Assembly: GCF_001194135.2 (NCBI RefSeq)
Contig: NC_068981.1
Span: 45,416,069-45,448,269 of the forward strand
Origin: Octopus bimaculoides
Taxonomy: Eukaryota
Length of the DNA stretch: 32,201 nucleotides
Direction: 5' to 3'
Made by a program: the position numbers and the translations under genes. The notes under the pieces are model-generated. The model did no database searches and was not told the origin of the DNA. It was given only the letters and a program-made list of their open reading frames with translations. Below are positions 1-13,454 of this stretch, piece after piece. The number at the start of each line of letters is the position of its first letter. Positions within the stretch are counted from its first letter, which is position 1.

Positions 1-760
1 TATATATATGCATATATATGTACATGTATATGTATATATTAAAAAATATATATGTATATATTTAACGATAGAGGAAGCGATGGAAATCATATGACTTACA
101 TCAGGATCGACTAAATTAGCGTCTCTAGGCTGCGCTTCGCCTTTACAGAATAACTGCCTGATCTCACGAGGCAATGTGTAAAGGCGAACCCTTAGCTTTT
201 CAAGATATCGGGGTGCAATCTGATGACAATGAGCTGAACACCCTAACCACTAGCGTATGTCTTCCTTAAATACCTATTACCATTAATGTTGTCCTGCATG
301 CACATATTTACCCTAATAAATGTTTATACATATATGAATCTCATAGATGTATATGCATATATGCAATCATTTATAGCGTACATCTTTGTGCGTATGTTTA
401 ATTTTGTGTGCATAAATATAAATTTATGTGTGTCACAGCGTTTGTGGATGTGTCTGTGTGATTTGTGCAGCATTTATTTAATTCATGTATGCGATGTGTT
501 CAAAGGAAAATTTAAATAATCATACATCAGCATAACTGCATCTGTTTATATTCCTTAATCAGCATGTGAACTTCAATTTATCTTCATTTTATTTGAGTAA
601 CTCAATGTTTGCCACTAGGTTATTGTTTTCCTTCTTAAATTGAAACTCATGTTCCTATTTATTATGAATATTTCGTGTCGTTTCATCAGTACAACAAGAA
701 AGGCATAGTTACCTAAATTTCATTTGGGGAAGCCTCTGATTTCGAATTCAACTCAATTAC

Positions 761-814
<54 letters not shown>
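761..814. repeat. (ATCT)n microsatellite
   Basis: Direct tandem ATCT run. Confidence 0.95.
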
Positions 815-1109
815 TTCTCTGTCTATCTGTCTATCTGTCTATTTATGTCCGTATGAATCTATCTTTTCTTTCTTTCTAAGTATGTTTATGCATACAGAAA
901 CAAATATGTTCTCATGTTTTGTGTATATGTATTTATATACACATAACTTATATACACTTGCATATTTATAGAAATATATATGGAAGCACACACATAGGGA
1001 TGCCTATACAAATCGAGGCGCATATACTCCAGAGCATATGTGGGAAATTACGAGAGAAAATATAATCTTTTATATATATATATATATACACACATATATA
1101 GAAAGATAA

Positions 1110-1110
<1 letters not shown>

Positions 1111-1150
<40 letters not shown>
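1111..1150. repeat. (TAGA)n microsatellite
   Basis: Direct tandem TAGA run. Confidence 0.95.
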
Positions 1151-1835
1151 CTAATAATATATAATGCGAAATTAACTGAAATGCCCATGCCTAGAAAGGA
1201 GCCCATAAAAGCAACAACGTCTACGTGCTTCAATGAAATGCATTTAAACTGTAGTGACACCAATCATTTCCATGGCACATTATCATGTATGCTCCGTAAT
1301 TTTGAAACATGCGTGTATGTGTGTGTGAGTCTGCGTGGGTATATATATGCATATATATGTATGTATATATACATATATATGTATACCTAGCTGCTTATAC
1401 ATTTCAAGTTATATATTTTAATTTTAGCCCTACCTGTATAACTGATATTGTTTAGAAACCTAATCATCACTGTTTAATTAAATTTAAGTCAAATTATTTT
1501 CTGATATGATTTTTAAGCATTTACTGTCACCTCAGAGCTTGCACTTCTCTTGTACATCCTTGTTTGTTTCTTCGTCTCTTCTTTTCCTATTTTCATCTCT
1601 TTCCTCTTACTGAAACATATAAGGGTCACATCATACCTCATAAATATTTTTATTATTTGATTCTGAATAATTGTCTGGTTGTGTATGTAAAAAATACATT
1701 CACTATCAATTGTCGTCGGATGATACCGTTTGGTGGTCAAATACATTTTTCCCCCGTAAGAAGAATTTCGGCAACAGTACCGCTTGTATTGACTGAACCA
1801 CCACCAGCATACAACAAGATATGCAGCCCTACATA

Positions 1836-2055
1836 TCTTCTTTTTCTTCTTCTTTTTCTTCTTCTTTTTCTTCTTCTTTTTCTTCTTATTTTTTTTCTTC
1901 TTCTTCTTCTTCTTCTTCTTCTTCTTCTTCTTCTTCTTCTTCTTCTTCTTCTCCCATCCTCCTCCTCCTTCTTCTTCTTTCTCCTCCTCCTTCTCCTCAT
2001 CCTCCTCCTCCTTCTTGTTCTTGTTCTTGTTCTTGTTCTTCTTGTTCTTCTTGTT
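1836..2055. repeat. Compound (TTC)n/(TCC)n/(TTGTTC)n polypyrimidine tract running into an N-gap
   Basis: Visible tandem repeats; explains the poly-K/R/L/S ORFs. Confidence 0.95.
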
Positions 2056-4720
2056 NNNNNNNNNNNNNNNNNNNNNNNNNNNNNNNNNNNNNNNNNNNNN
2101 NNNNNNNNNNNNNNNNNNNNNNNNNNNNNNNNNNNNNNNNNNNNNNNNNNNNNNNNNNNNNNNNNNNNNNNNNNNNNNNNNNNNNNNNNNNNNNNNNNNN
2201 NNNNNNNNNNNNNNNNNNNNNNNNNNNNNNNNNNNNNNNNNNNNNNNNNNNNNNNNNNNNNNNNNNNNNNNNNNNNNNNNNNNNNNNNNNNNNNNNNNNN
2301 NNNNNNNNNNNNNNNNNNNNNNNNNNNNNNNNNNNNNNNNNNNNNNNNNNNNNNNNNNNNNNNNNNNNNNNNNNNNNNNNNNNNNNNNNNNNNNNNNNNN
2401 NNNNNNNNNNNNNNNNNNNNNNNNNNNNNNNNNNNNNNNNNNNNNNNNNNNNNNNNNNNNNNNNNNNNNNNNNNNNNNNNNNNNNNNNNNNNNNNNNNNN
2501 NNNNNNNNNNNNNNNNNNNNNNNNNNNNNNNNNNNNNNNNNNNNNNNNNNNNNNNNNNNNNNNNNNNNNNNNNNNNNNNNNNNNNNNNNNNNNNNNNNNN
2601 NNNNNNNNNNNNNNNNNNNNNNNNNNNNNNNNNNNNNNNNNNNNNNNNNNNNNNNNNNNNNNNNNNNNNNNNNNNNNNNNNNNNNNNNNNNNNNNNNNNN
2701 NNNNNNNNNNNNNNNNNNNNNNNNNNNNNNNNNNNNNNNNNNNNNNNNNNNNNNNNNNNNNNNNNNNNNNNNNTATATATATATATATATGTACATGTAT
2801 ATACATATATATTCATATAGTGTATAGTGTGTATATATATATATATATTCAATATATCCTCTAAAACTGGTGGGACACCTTCATGGCGTGGATTTAGATG
2901 TCTTCCAGAGAAAACTGAATCCTTCCCTGGTAAGAGTTCCGAATAAACCTTACTCGCAGCAGTAAATGTAGATGAGAGCACCGATATCACAGTCATTCAT
3001 TCAACAATTACCATGTATTCGAGGTGGTTTCTAAGTAATGAATGTGCAGCAACACTAACCGTATTGCCTCAGCATGGCTGCATCTCTCTTGCTGAAATGA
3101 GTAAGAGAATAAAACAGTAAAAGACTATATATTATGTTTGTATGTGTGAGTGTGTGTGGGTGTGTGTGTAGACGTGCTTTCATATATGAGCATCTCTGTT
3201 TGCCTGTACATCCGTACACACTACAGATATATGAAGCTTGTTAGTGTCGATAGGAGTGACAGACTAATGTCTGAAGCTTCGGCAGTTCGTATTTATTGAT
3301 CATTGCCTGGTTGCCTGTGACTAAGTCATTTCACCCTTTAATGGCCTATTCTAGCTTGCTGTAAATATTGCTAGATGAAAATAACACCTTTCATGTAGGA
3401 AGCATCAAAACGATTAATAGTAATGCCTAATAATTGTAGGCGGCCTGGAAATTTAGTTGATGTTAATGTCGATTACATCGTCTCCATACTTTATTTTATC
3501 GAACCTGGAAAGAGGAATTTGAAAAATGAATTCGGCTTAATGATGACATCAATGTTCTGTCACACAAAATGAAGTTCTTAAAACTTCAATAATTATTTGT
3601 TATCCGTTGAGGAAACAAAGAAGATTTACATTTCAAAATTAAATATCGAGGAAGAAAAATATGCTTTTTGCATACATCTCCAACTAAAACGTATCATATT
3701 GGACCCAAAAATGATGCCGGAAAATGTTCACATGGCATGCTGAAAGTAGTATCTAAGTTTCGCTCAAAACACACCTTAGCCTTTAAAAACTAATGATTCA
3801 TGATATAATGTAAACTTAGATATATTGTATCTGAAAATATGACGGGAAAGTAATTGATGGAACGTTTTGGCTAAAGGTAAAAGTTAAAAGCTATGGAATC
3901 GTTCGTTTGGTTAAGAGGAAGTAAAATATGTTATCTCTACAATAGTTGCACGCAGACAACAAGTACACCAAACACTTCTCTGTAAATTGAATATTGAGGT
4001 TTCATACATGAGAAGTTGCAGAGCCATATTAATGAATGCAATCTTGCATTTGTAATTCAGAGGCAACAAGCAATAACGTTGCCTTCATCTAACCAAGGCT
4101 TTTAGAATACTTAAATAGGTATCTAAGTAACTATTACCAGGACGTTACTATCGTCAGCAATAATTACCAGCACAAACACTCTTTACAGGGATTTTTGACG
4201 TCTAAGCAAGGTAGATGATTTATTGCTAAACAATATATGAAACATCTTAATATTAATAGTAAAGCCGAAAACCGTTTAAACCTATAATATTCCCAAAATT
4301 TCGGGCTTCGTGACTTGAGTTAAAAGGAATATGTGTGATGACACCCAAACATCTCCATGGCATCTACTCTTTCGTGAAATACAGTAACAAGATACCTGTT
4401 CTGGACCAAAGTAGTAAGAAATAACAATCCCGGTGGGTTGATCTTATATATATCTTATATATATAATTTATATATATAATTTTAAGCGGTTCTCTGAAAT
4501 AATCATCATTAACAACGATTCACAGCACCATTCCTCCCACTAAATATACGAAATTTTGTCTCTTAAAGATTACTTTTTAATCTCTCTGTCGCTCTCTCTC
4601 TTTCTCTTTCTCCCTCTGCCTCTTTCACCCCCTCGCTCTCTTTCTCTCTTTTTTTCTCTCTCTCTTTCTCTTTGTCTTTGTCGCCGCTGAATCATACATA
4701 CACATGCACATTTATACATA

Positions 4721-5122
4721 CAGGCATGGCTGAGCAGTAAGAAGCTGGCTTCCCAGCCACACGGTTCCGGGTTCAATGCATGTACGTTGCCCCTTGAGTA
4801 AGTGTCTTCTACTATAGCCTCGGGCCGACCAAATCCTTCTGAGTGGATTTGGTTTACGGAGACTGAAGAAATTCCGTCGTGTGTATGTGTGTGTGTCTTG
4901 GCGTCTGTGTTTGAACCCAAATCAACACTTAACAACCGGTTTTGATGTGTTTAAATGACAGAAAATTAGCGGTTCGGGCACAAAACTCCCATAGAATAAA
5001 TACTAGGCGTAAAACATAAGTCCTGAGGTCGAGTTGTTCGACTAAATATATTTTCAAGTCAATGCTTATGTAAGGGTAATTTCAAAAGGCTGAAACGAGC
5101 AAACAGAATAAAAGAATAAAAG
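4721..5122 (+). mobile_element. tRNA-derived CORE-type SINE (octopus OR-like), near full length, diverged
   Basis: tRNA-like head (GGTTCCGGGTTCAA), CCTTGAGTAAGTGTCTTCTACTATAGCCTCGGGCCGACC core, internal (TG)n, (AATAAAAG)n tail; homologous to copies at 6.0, 15.3-15.7, 16.4, 20.2 and 28.5 kb. Family name from memory. Confidence 0.8.
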
Positions 5123-5904
5123 AAAACACACATACACGCAAACACAGACAAGCACGAAGACGCACATATATATTCGTATGCATATGAACCATAAGTGAAT
5201 CAGCGTAACTTGTTATACTATTGAATGTAGGATTATAAAGAAATATATATATATAAATAAATATGTGTATGTTTGTATGTGTGTAGATACACACAGATAC
5301 AGACCGACAAACAAATATATATATGAGTATATATATACGAGTATATATATATATATATATNNNNNNNNNNNNNNNNNNNNNNNNNNNNNNNNNNNNNNNN
5401 NNNNNNNNNNNNNNNNNNNNNNNNNNNNNNNNNNNNNNNNNNNNNNNNNNNNNNNNNNNNNNNNNNNNNNNNNNNNNNNNNNNNNNNNNNNNNNNNNNNN
5501 NNNNNNNNNNNNNNNNNNNNNNNNNNNNNNNNNNNNNNNNNNNNNNNNNNNNNNNNNNNNNNNNNNNNNNNNNNNNNNNNNNNNNNNNNNNNNNNNNNNN
5601 NNNNNNNNNNNNNNNNNNNNNNNNNNNNNNNNNNNNNNNNNNNNNNNNNNNNNNNNNNNNNNNNNNNNNNNNNNNNNNNNNNNNNNNNNNNNNNNNNNNN
5701 NNNNNNNNNNNNNNNNNNNNNNNNNNNNNNNNNNNNNNNNNNNNNNNNNNNNNNNNNNNNNNNNNNNNNNNNNNNNNNNNNNNNNNNNNNNNNNNNNNNN
5801 NNNNNNNNNNNNNNNNNNNNNNNNNNNNNNNNNNNNNNNNNNNNNNNNNNNNNNNNNNNNNNNNNNTTTCTTGTTCTTAGTTACATGAAACTCTATAAAT
5901 ATAC

Positions 5905-5905
<1 letters not shown>

Positions 5906-5960
<55 letters not shown>
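5906..5960. repeat. (TATC)n microsatellite
   Basis: Direct tandem run. Confidence 0.95.
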
Positions 5961-6029
5961 TTATATTTCTTCTCATATATATACATGTCTGTAAATATAT
6001 ATATATATATATACATATATATGTCCTCG

Positions 6030-6350
6030 AGATGACTATAGCCATGTGACTGTACTAAGACGGAAACTGAATGAAGCCCTTCGTATTCTATATATGTGTG
6101 TGTGCGTGTATTTGTGTTTGTGTGTGTGTGTGTGCGTGCGTAAGTGTGTGTTTGTTTTTGTTTGTTTGTTCCGCCACCACATCAAGACAACTGGTGATGG
6201 TATTGTTCAGCAAAACAGGTCAAATCGAATGAGCGCCAGATTTGAAATAAAAAATAACAATAATAACTGCCTTGATCAGTTCATTCGAGTAAAGTTTCTT
6301 CAATGCGTTGCCCCTGCATGGTGTCAGTCTAATCACCAAAACAAGTAAAA
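6030..6350 (+). mobile_element. 5'-truncated, degraded copy of the OR-like SINE
   Basis: GACGGAAACTGAATGAAGCCCTTCGTA, then (TG)n, then tail ending AAACAAGTAAAA; colinear with 4721-5122. Confidence 0.6.
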
Positions 6351-6373
6351 TATAACACACACACTCACACACA

Positions 6374-6421
<48 letters not shown>

Positions 6422-6740
6422 CATACATATGTATATGTGTATGTGTGTGTGTATGTATATAAATATAGATAGGTTGATTGATAGATAGATATATACATAT
6501 ATACATATTTATCACATCACAGGATCTGTGAAATATAAAATGTATTTTACATAGTGTAAACTGTATCTGACACGATCTCACTATTTTGTTCATGATGTAA
6601 ATTGCCAGCAATGTCTCTTACAAAAGTTGTCATTAGACTCAGGGCTTCGTCTGGAGCAGGTCTGTCATTCACTCCTAGAAGCACACACTCTCACTTCATA
6701 ATTATACATGTGTGTATATGTATGTCTGTGTGTCTGTCTG

Positions 6741-6783
<43 letters not shown>

Positions 6784-9700
6784 TATGTATGTATATTTAT
6801 GTATACATATGAATGTACTCATACAAAAAACATACATAAAATATGTTATGCTTATATGTGTGCCTGTATGTATGTGTGTGTATACGTACGCATGGTAGTG
6901 GGGGTACCTTTTATTTAACTCCTTTCCCTGACTTGCGTTTGGAGAAGCATACACTAATGCGAATCTTGGTGCATTTGTACATAAAAATTCAAAGACAAAC
7001 GGTATGCCCTCCTTTACATATGTTCTGCATGCTGAAGCAACCTATCATTCTTCTACATACATGATTTCGTCTGTTTACGTATACTGTCTAGCTTACATTT
7101 TCGCTTCACTTCTAAAATGCACGCACCGTTTTTCTTTCAATCATAATTTAATTATTTGTCGAATCGATACACACTCTTTCTCATTCTTTCCCTGTCTTTA
7201 TTCTTTTTTTCTCTTTTTCTGTCTCTCTGTTACTTTACCGAGCTCTTCTCTCCCCTTTCTTTCTACGTTCTTTATTACTATTTCTTCCCGCCGTACTTCC
7301 TTTCTATTTCCTCTTTTATATGTTTTATGCTTTTCTCTCTATCTTAATTTAGTTTCGTGTCTTGCTTGTTTTGATTTTATTTTTTAATTCTGTTTCATCT
7401 GGTTTTCCTTTTCTATATCTTTCTTTCTTTCTTTCTCCTTCCTTCTTTCAGTATTGATAAATAAATTCCTATCCAGGTTTGCGTATTGGCAGAAACGTTA
7501 GAGCGTCGCGCGAGCTGCCTTGTTATAAAGCTTACAGCTATTTGAGTTCCGGCGGCAACACCTGCGACGGCTTCGATGTCGAAATATATCGACTCGTGCC
7601 TTTGCATGTACAAAGTCAGTGGCATGGAGACGGAAGACATTCATGTAAGGAAACGGCTAGTCTGCAATGCAAACACCCTGACGTGTGATTACGAGAGACA
7701 TATCCAGGTGCAGATCTCACTCTCTCTCTCTCTACTTTCTCAATTGTACACACATACACAAACCTGCGCGCTCGCTGACACACATTAACCCAGTCTCTCT
7801 CTCACTCTTCTCTTTTCTCTCTCTCTTTTTTACCCCTTTCTTTATTTCCTTCTCTATCCATCCGTATACATATATAGTTGTATATGCACACAACATTCAT
7901 ACACATACCGAGATGCGTAGACATACGTACACATACATATACAAACATGTATACATACATACAAATGCATATATATATATATATATATATATACTGACAT
8001 ACATACACACACACACATATATATATATATACACACACACACAGACACACCCACACACACACACATACATATATATNNNNNNNNNNNNNNNNNNNNNNNN
8101 NNNNNNNNNNNNNNNNNNNNNNNNNNNNNNNNNNNNNNNNNNNNNNNNNNNNNNNNNNNNNNNNNNNNNNNNNNNNNNNNNNNNNNNNNNNNNNNNNNNN
8201 NNNNNNNNNNNNNNNNNNNNNNNNNNNNNNNNNNNNNNNNNNNNNNNNNNNNNNNNNNNNNNNNNNNNNNNNNNNNNNNNNNNNNNNNNNNNNNNNNNNN
8301 NNNTATATATATGTATATATGTATATTTTTGTGTGCCTACATGTGTGTACACATGTTTATATATACAGGTACCTGCATGGATATATGCATGCGTATATAC
8401 AAACGATAAGGAGGACGCAAATACACGGGATTGTTTTCCTCTGTGCATCAGTGTGTAAGTGTCGTCGTGTGTACGTTAGTGCCAATGTATGAGCATGTGC
8501 ATTTTTTATCATACGCTTTAAGCACGTTATATAAACTTTTATATTCTGGATACGCTTTTCTTCTACCTTTATATTTTTCTCTTCTGCTTTCACTATCCCA
8601 TCTCACATTCTTCGCACTCGTCTTCTGTCTTTGTTCTATGTCATTCGCTTTATCGCACGCATTCGTCTATTCAGTCAATCAGTTCTCCTACTGTGTGCTA
8701 GGTATCGATTAATGTTGTCGACATTCTCCCCAGAATGCTTGCATGAAGCAACTGTGTTATCATGTGTTCTCAAGCAATCTTCACATAGTTTGATATTTTT
8801 GGGTTCTTCATATCTGATGTCCTTAAAACCCAAGCAACGTAATTAACTACGTTTTAAAATGTGTAAAAATTGCAAGTAGAAAACGTCCAAGACAACAAAT
8901 TAGTATATCCGCGAAAATACTACCAACTAAAAGGAACTATATATGTACACATTTATATGCATATGTGTGTATACACATCATACATACATTCATACATACA
9001 TACATACATACATACATACATACATACGTATACACACACACACACACACACACANNNNNNNNNNNNNNNNNNNNNNNNNNNNNNNNNNNNNNNNNNNNNN
9101 NNNNNNNNNNNNNNNNNNNNNNNNNNNNNNNNNNNNNNNNNNNNNNNNNNNNNNNNNNNNNNNNNNNNNNNNNNNNNNNNNNNNNNNNNNNNNNNNNNNN
9201 NNNNNNNNNNNNNNNNNNNNNNNNNNNNNNNNNNNNNNNNNNNNNNNNNNNNNNNNNNNNNNNNNNNNNNNNNNNNNNNNNNNNNNNNNNNNNNNNNNNN
9301 NNNNNNNNNNNNNNNNNNNNNNNNNNNNNNNNNNNNNNNNNNNNNNNNNNNNNNNNNNNNNNNNNNNNNNNNNNNNNNNATATATATATATATATATATA
9401 TATAGGAGACGGTAAAAGGTGACAACAGAAGATCCGGGGAGTTAGATGATTCAAAAAAGGAAAGGAAAAACGAAGGACAGGTTCATTCGGAGTTGCCTAT
9501 CCTCATTGGAGCTTCAGATTATCTTATCATTTTCGGGCAGTTATACTCGTGACTGCTCCAATCTGGTCGACCCCAAGAAAATCTGAGCTATATGCATGTA
9601 TATATGTATACATATGTATATGTATATATGCGTGTGTGTGTGTGTGTGTATGTGTTTGTGTGTGTGTCTGTGCCTGTGTGTCTGTGTGTGTGTGTAGACA

Positions 9701-10192
9701 TACATATGTACATTTATATATATATAAATATGTATGTATGTATATATAATATATTTAGTCGCCAATATTGACCGTTAAATCCACAAGTGTTTCTTTTTTT
9801 TTTTTCAGCTTATTTCTTTGTGTTCCTTTCAGTTGAAGACGCTCTTCAACCGAACCGTTAAAGGCTCGAAACTTTGAAGAATTTCACACTTTTCCCAGCG
9901 TCAAAATAATAATCCTTCTTGTTGTTTATACGTCACTATTCGTGTTTTGTTTTTCTGTAAATTTGAACTATATTCATATATGGATATATATATACGCACA
10001 CAAACACACACACACATGCACACACACACATGCACACACACATACCCAGACGCACACATACACACACACACACACACACACGCACACACACACACACACA
10101 TATANNNNNNNNNNNNNNNNNNNNNNNNNNNNNNNNNNNNNNNNNNNNNNNNNNNNNNNNNNNNNNNNNNNNNNNNNNNNNNNNNNNNNNNN

Positions 10193-10238
<46 letters not shown>

Positions 10239-11788
10239 GGAGAGAGAAGGAACGAGTGGGAAAGAGGGTGAGAGTGACAAAGAGAATGTGCGAGAGAGAA
10301 GTTGTTCTTCATAAAGCATTGCTTGATATATATAACTCTGTTCAATTATTATTTTATTTTAATAAAGCCAAAACAATGCATGCTAAATGAAATATTTCGT
10401 TTGATATTTAAAATTATAGACTTATATTACAATTATCAAGGCTAATATCTCTCCTTCAGAGAATCAGTCGTCTCGGTGCATTTTATATTCCATATACTTG
10501 AAACTGTCATCACATGTGTATGATTGTAATCTTGATACACTGTGGACTAAGATCTCCGATGACAGGGTCCTGTTATTTATAGAGTGTTAAAAACTTTAAA
10601 CACCTGAACACGGAACAATGTGGTTGAGAAGGATACTCCTTACCACGAAGCTGCGCATATGCCCGTGCAGTTTTTTTTCCTTATATAGGTTTATATAAAA
10701 CAGTGTCTCGATGTTTAATTAAGCGGTATTATTACTTGATCTTCCTCTTCTTTTTCATGGACATCTGGAAGAAATTTCATGTCAACTCTAAACCTTAATT
10801 ACTGTTATTTGTTTTGCTGCAATTGTAAGTAGCTCTGGTTCCAACTTAATTAAGTAGGCATAAGATAACTTGCGTTCTCATCGTGATCATTCCGCTTTTG
10901 ATTGAGTTATGTTGAAATGTTGACTACCTAATCCAGGGCAGTCATGTGGCCATGCGGTTTTTAAGTTATTGGATGCGAGTGGATGGATATCTGATAGTTA
11001 TTCCCTGCAGGACGAGCGTCAGATTAGACGGCCGTTGGTATTTAATTGTTCTAGCTGCTACTGTTTTTTTGTTTTTTTCACATGATGTGCTGGACATTTT
11101 CTTATGTGAGGGGTAAGTATAAGACAAATGTCTTTAATAATATAATGTCGTACTGCACATTATGTAATGGCACTTCCATGTAAAAACATTGTTCATCTCG
11201 GTACAGCGACTGATAACTAATATTACTTCCGATTTATCTATAAATTGATCAAACTGACGGATTTCTGATATGAATTTATTAAATCAGTTTGTCCATCTAT
11301 TTAAAGTTTATTCAGTGTATTTCATGATTTTGTTTGACGTAAAATTATACTTAAATTTTATATTCATGTGATATTGTAACATATTTAAAACCTAGTGTAA
11401 ATCTCGATGGATATTGTCGCATTACTTTCATAAGTAGTTTGGTAATGCACTCTTCTATATATAATATGAATAGATGAGATTAATGTAATACAAAATTGTG
11501 AGAATAATCTAATTTATCCTTTTACATTCTTCTTGGCTTTCTTGATCAAATTTTCCCGGCATGAATATATGTCATTTTCCGGATAACTGTGACTCGTCTA
11601 CCAAATTGTCATCTTGTAAAGATTATAAAATGAGAATCAAGGGCGGGGTGGGGGATAAGGGTAAGCAGAACGCGTGGAGAAAGCAAGTTTATTTTATTGG
11701 TAGGTACACTATGCCTAACAAAACGTTTCTGGGATTAGTTTCAGAAATTAAATATATTCATATTTATTCATTATTGCTACTATTGTAT

Positions 11789-12164
11789 GTGGAGGCGCAA
11801 TGGCCCACTGGTTAGGGCAGTGGACTCGCGGTCAGAGGATCGTGGTTTCGATTCCCAGACCGGGCGTTGTGAATGTTTATTGAGTGAAAACACCTAATGC
11901 TCCACGAGAATCCTGCAGGGGGGGGGTGAACCCTGCCGTATTCTTCCACCACAATTTTCTCTCACTCTTACTTCCTGTTTCTGCTGTGCCTGTAATTCAA
12001 AGGGTCAGCCTTGTCACACTGTGTCACGCTGAATATCCCCGATAACTACGTTAAGTGTACACGTGTCTGTGGAGCGCTCAGCCACTTGCACGATAATTTC
12101 ACGAGCAGGCTGTTCCATTGATTGGGACCACTGACGTCATAAGCGACGAAGTGCCAACAGCAAC
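11789..12164 (+). mobile_element. tRNA-derived SINE, full length, copy 1 of an inverted pair
   Basis: A-box-like TGGCCCACTGG, B-box-like GGTTTCGATTCC, CAACAGCAAC tail; ~99% identical to the reverse complement of 13455-13834. Confidence 0.92.
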
Positions 12165-13454
12165 ACTTATGTCCCTATACTTGCACATATTCTCTCGTCT
12201 ATATGGAAACATCTCACATCGTCTTCTCTTTCTAACTCTTCCTAGCAGAATTACTTTCCCATCCAGCTCCAAATCTCTCGTTTCCCTCCTTGCCTTTCTT
12301 CTTTGATTGCTTTAATGAATAAAATATTCCATATCCGAAACGTCAAAGCCTTTTTCCTTTACCTTTCTCCCTCTTTATATTCAAGTGTGAAACTTTGACA
12401 CTTTTTTGAAAACTTGTCCTTTTTGTTGCACTTGTTTCGTATTTATGCCCATTCGTCACATATATGCATATAAGTACACAACTCTATAATTACGTCTTTA
12501 AAAATTTTGTTTTTAAACACACTCTCATACGCGTATGCATATATATATATACGTACATACTTACATAGATACATATGCGAGCGTATGTATGTACGTGAGC
12601 GTGTGCATGTGAGTGTGCATGTGTGTGTATGTGTGAGCCTGCGTGTGCATGTGTTTGTGTGTGCATGTTATGTGTGCATATGCGTGTTTCATATGGTTCG
12701 TTATGACGAGGTAACACCTCTTTTGTACGAAGTTTTTTTAGCTGTTCACAGAAAATTGGAGTATATTTCAATAGCTCCATACCGGATGCAACATCCGAAC
12801 ACTTGTAAAAGCGGCGTCTCCTCTGAACGCAGCAAAATATAAAGTCGTAGTAATAGACGTACAAATATGTCTAGTGCATGTGTCTAGTGACATCTTTAAG
12901 AATTCTCTTGGTAAATATTCTGAATCGTATTATGAAAGATAGTTGATTTATTAGCATATTTCACACATTCCAGTCCGTCTTATTTTTTTGTATGTATATG
13001 TATGTATATATATATTTATCCGTATATTTCATGAATGTATACAAACATGCCCCTCATCCTAACCCCTGAAACGAAATATTCACTGAACATATTTATTAGG
13101 AGTAACATGTATTATTTGAGAACAGTTAGTCTCAGGTCCATGCAACTTCAAGTGTGTAGCCTCGTACATACTGGCGCGGAGTCAACAAATTATGCATGTA
13201 AACGTATATACTATGAACTGATACACATCTAGAAGATGATGCCATATTAAATTAAATTCAAACTATTTACATCATCTCTACGATAGACATATTGATTGAT
13301 GTGTACTACATTCAAAAACTAATAAAATAATTCGAGAAAAAAAATTATATTTTCTGCTTTAGTATAATAGCACAGCTTTGGTAGAAATTCAGACGTACGT
13401 ATCGGAAAGAGAAAGTGAAAATAGAATTTAGTTATATAATGGGTATACAATAGT

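Noticed and set aside
655-700. CTGATGA...GAAA on the minus strand
   Set aside because: No stem II or stem I pairing; chance core match.
1513-2996. Long ORFs of 270-427 aa, and similar ORFs across other gaps
   Set aside because: Length comes from N-gaps and microsatellites (poly-K/R/L, YI, HT, CV repeats).
2848-3110. Splice-like sites on both strands (CCTG|GTAAGA; TTTCAG|CAAGAG...ACG|GTTAGT)
   Set aside because: Short frames, conflicting strands and no recognisable protein.
9830-9885. GTTGAAGA/TCTTCAAC hairpin followed by GGCTCGAAAC, hammerhead-like
   Set aside because: Core and U16.1 are not intact and cannot be folded into a consistent ribozyme; at most a PLE relic.
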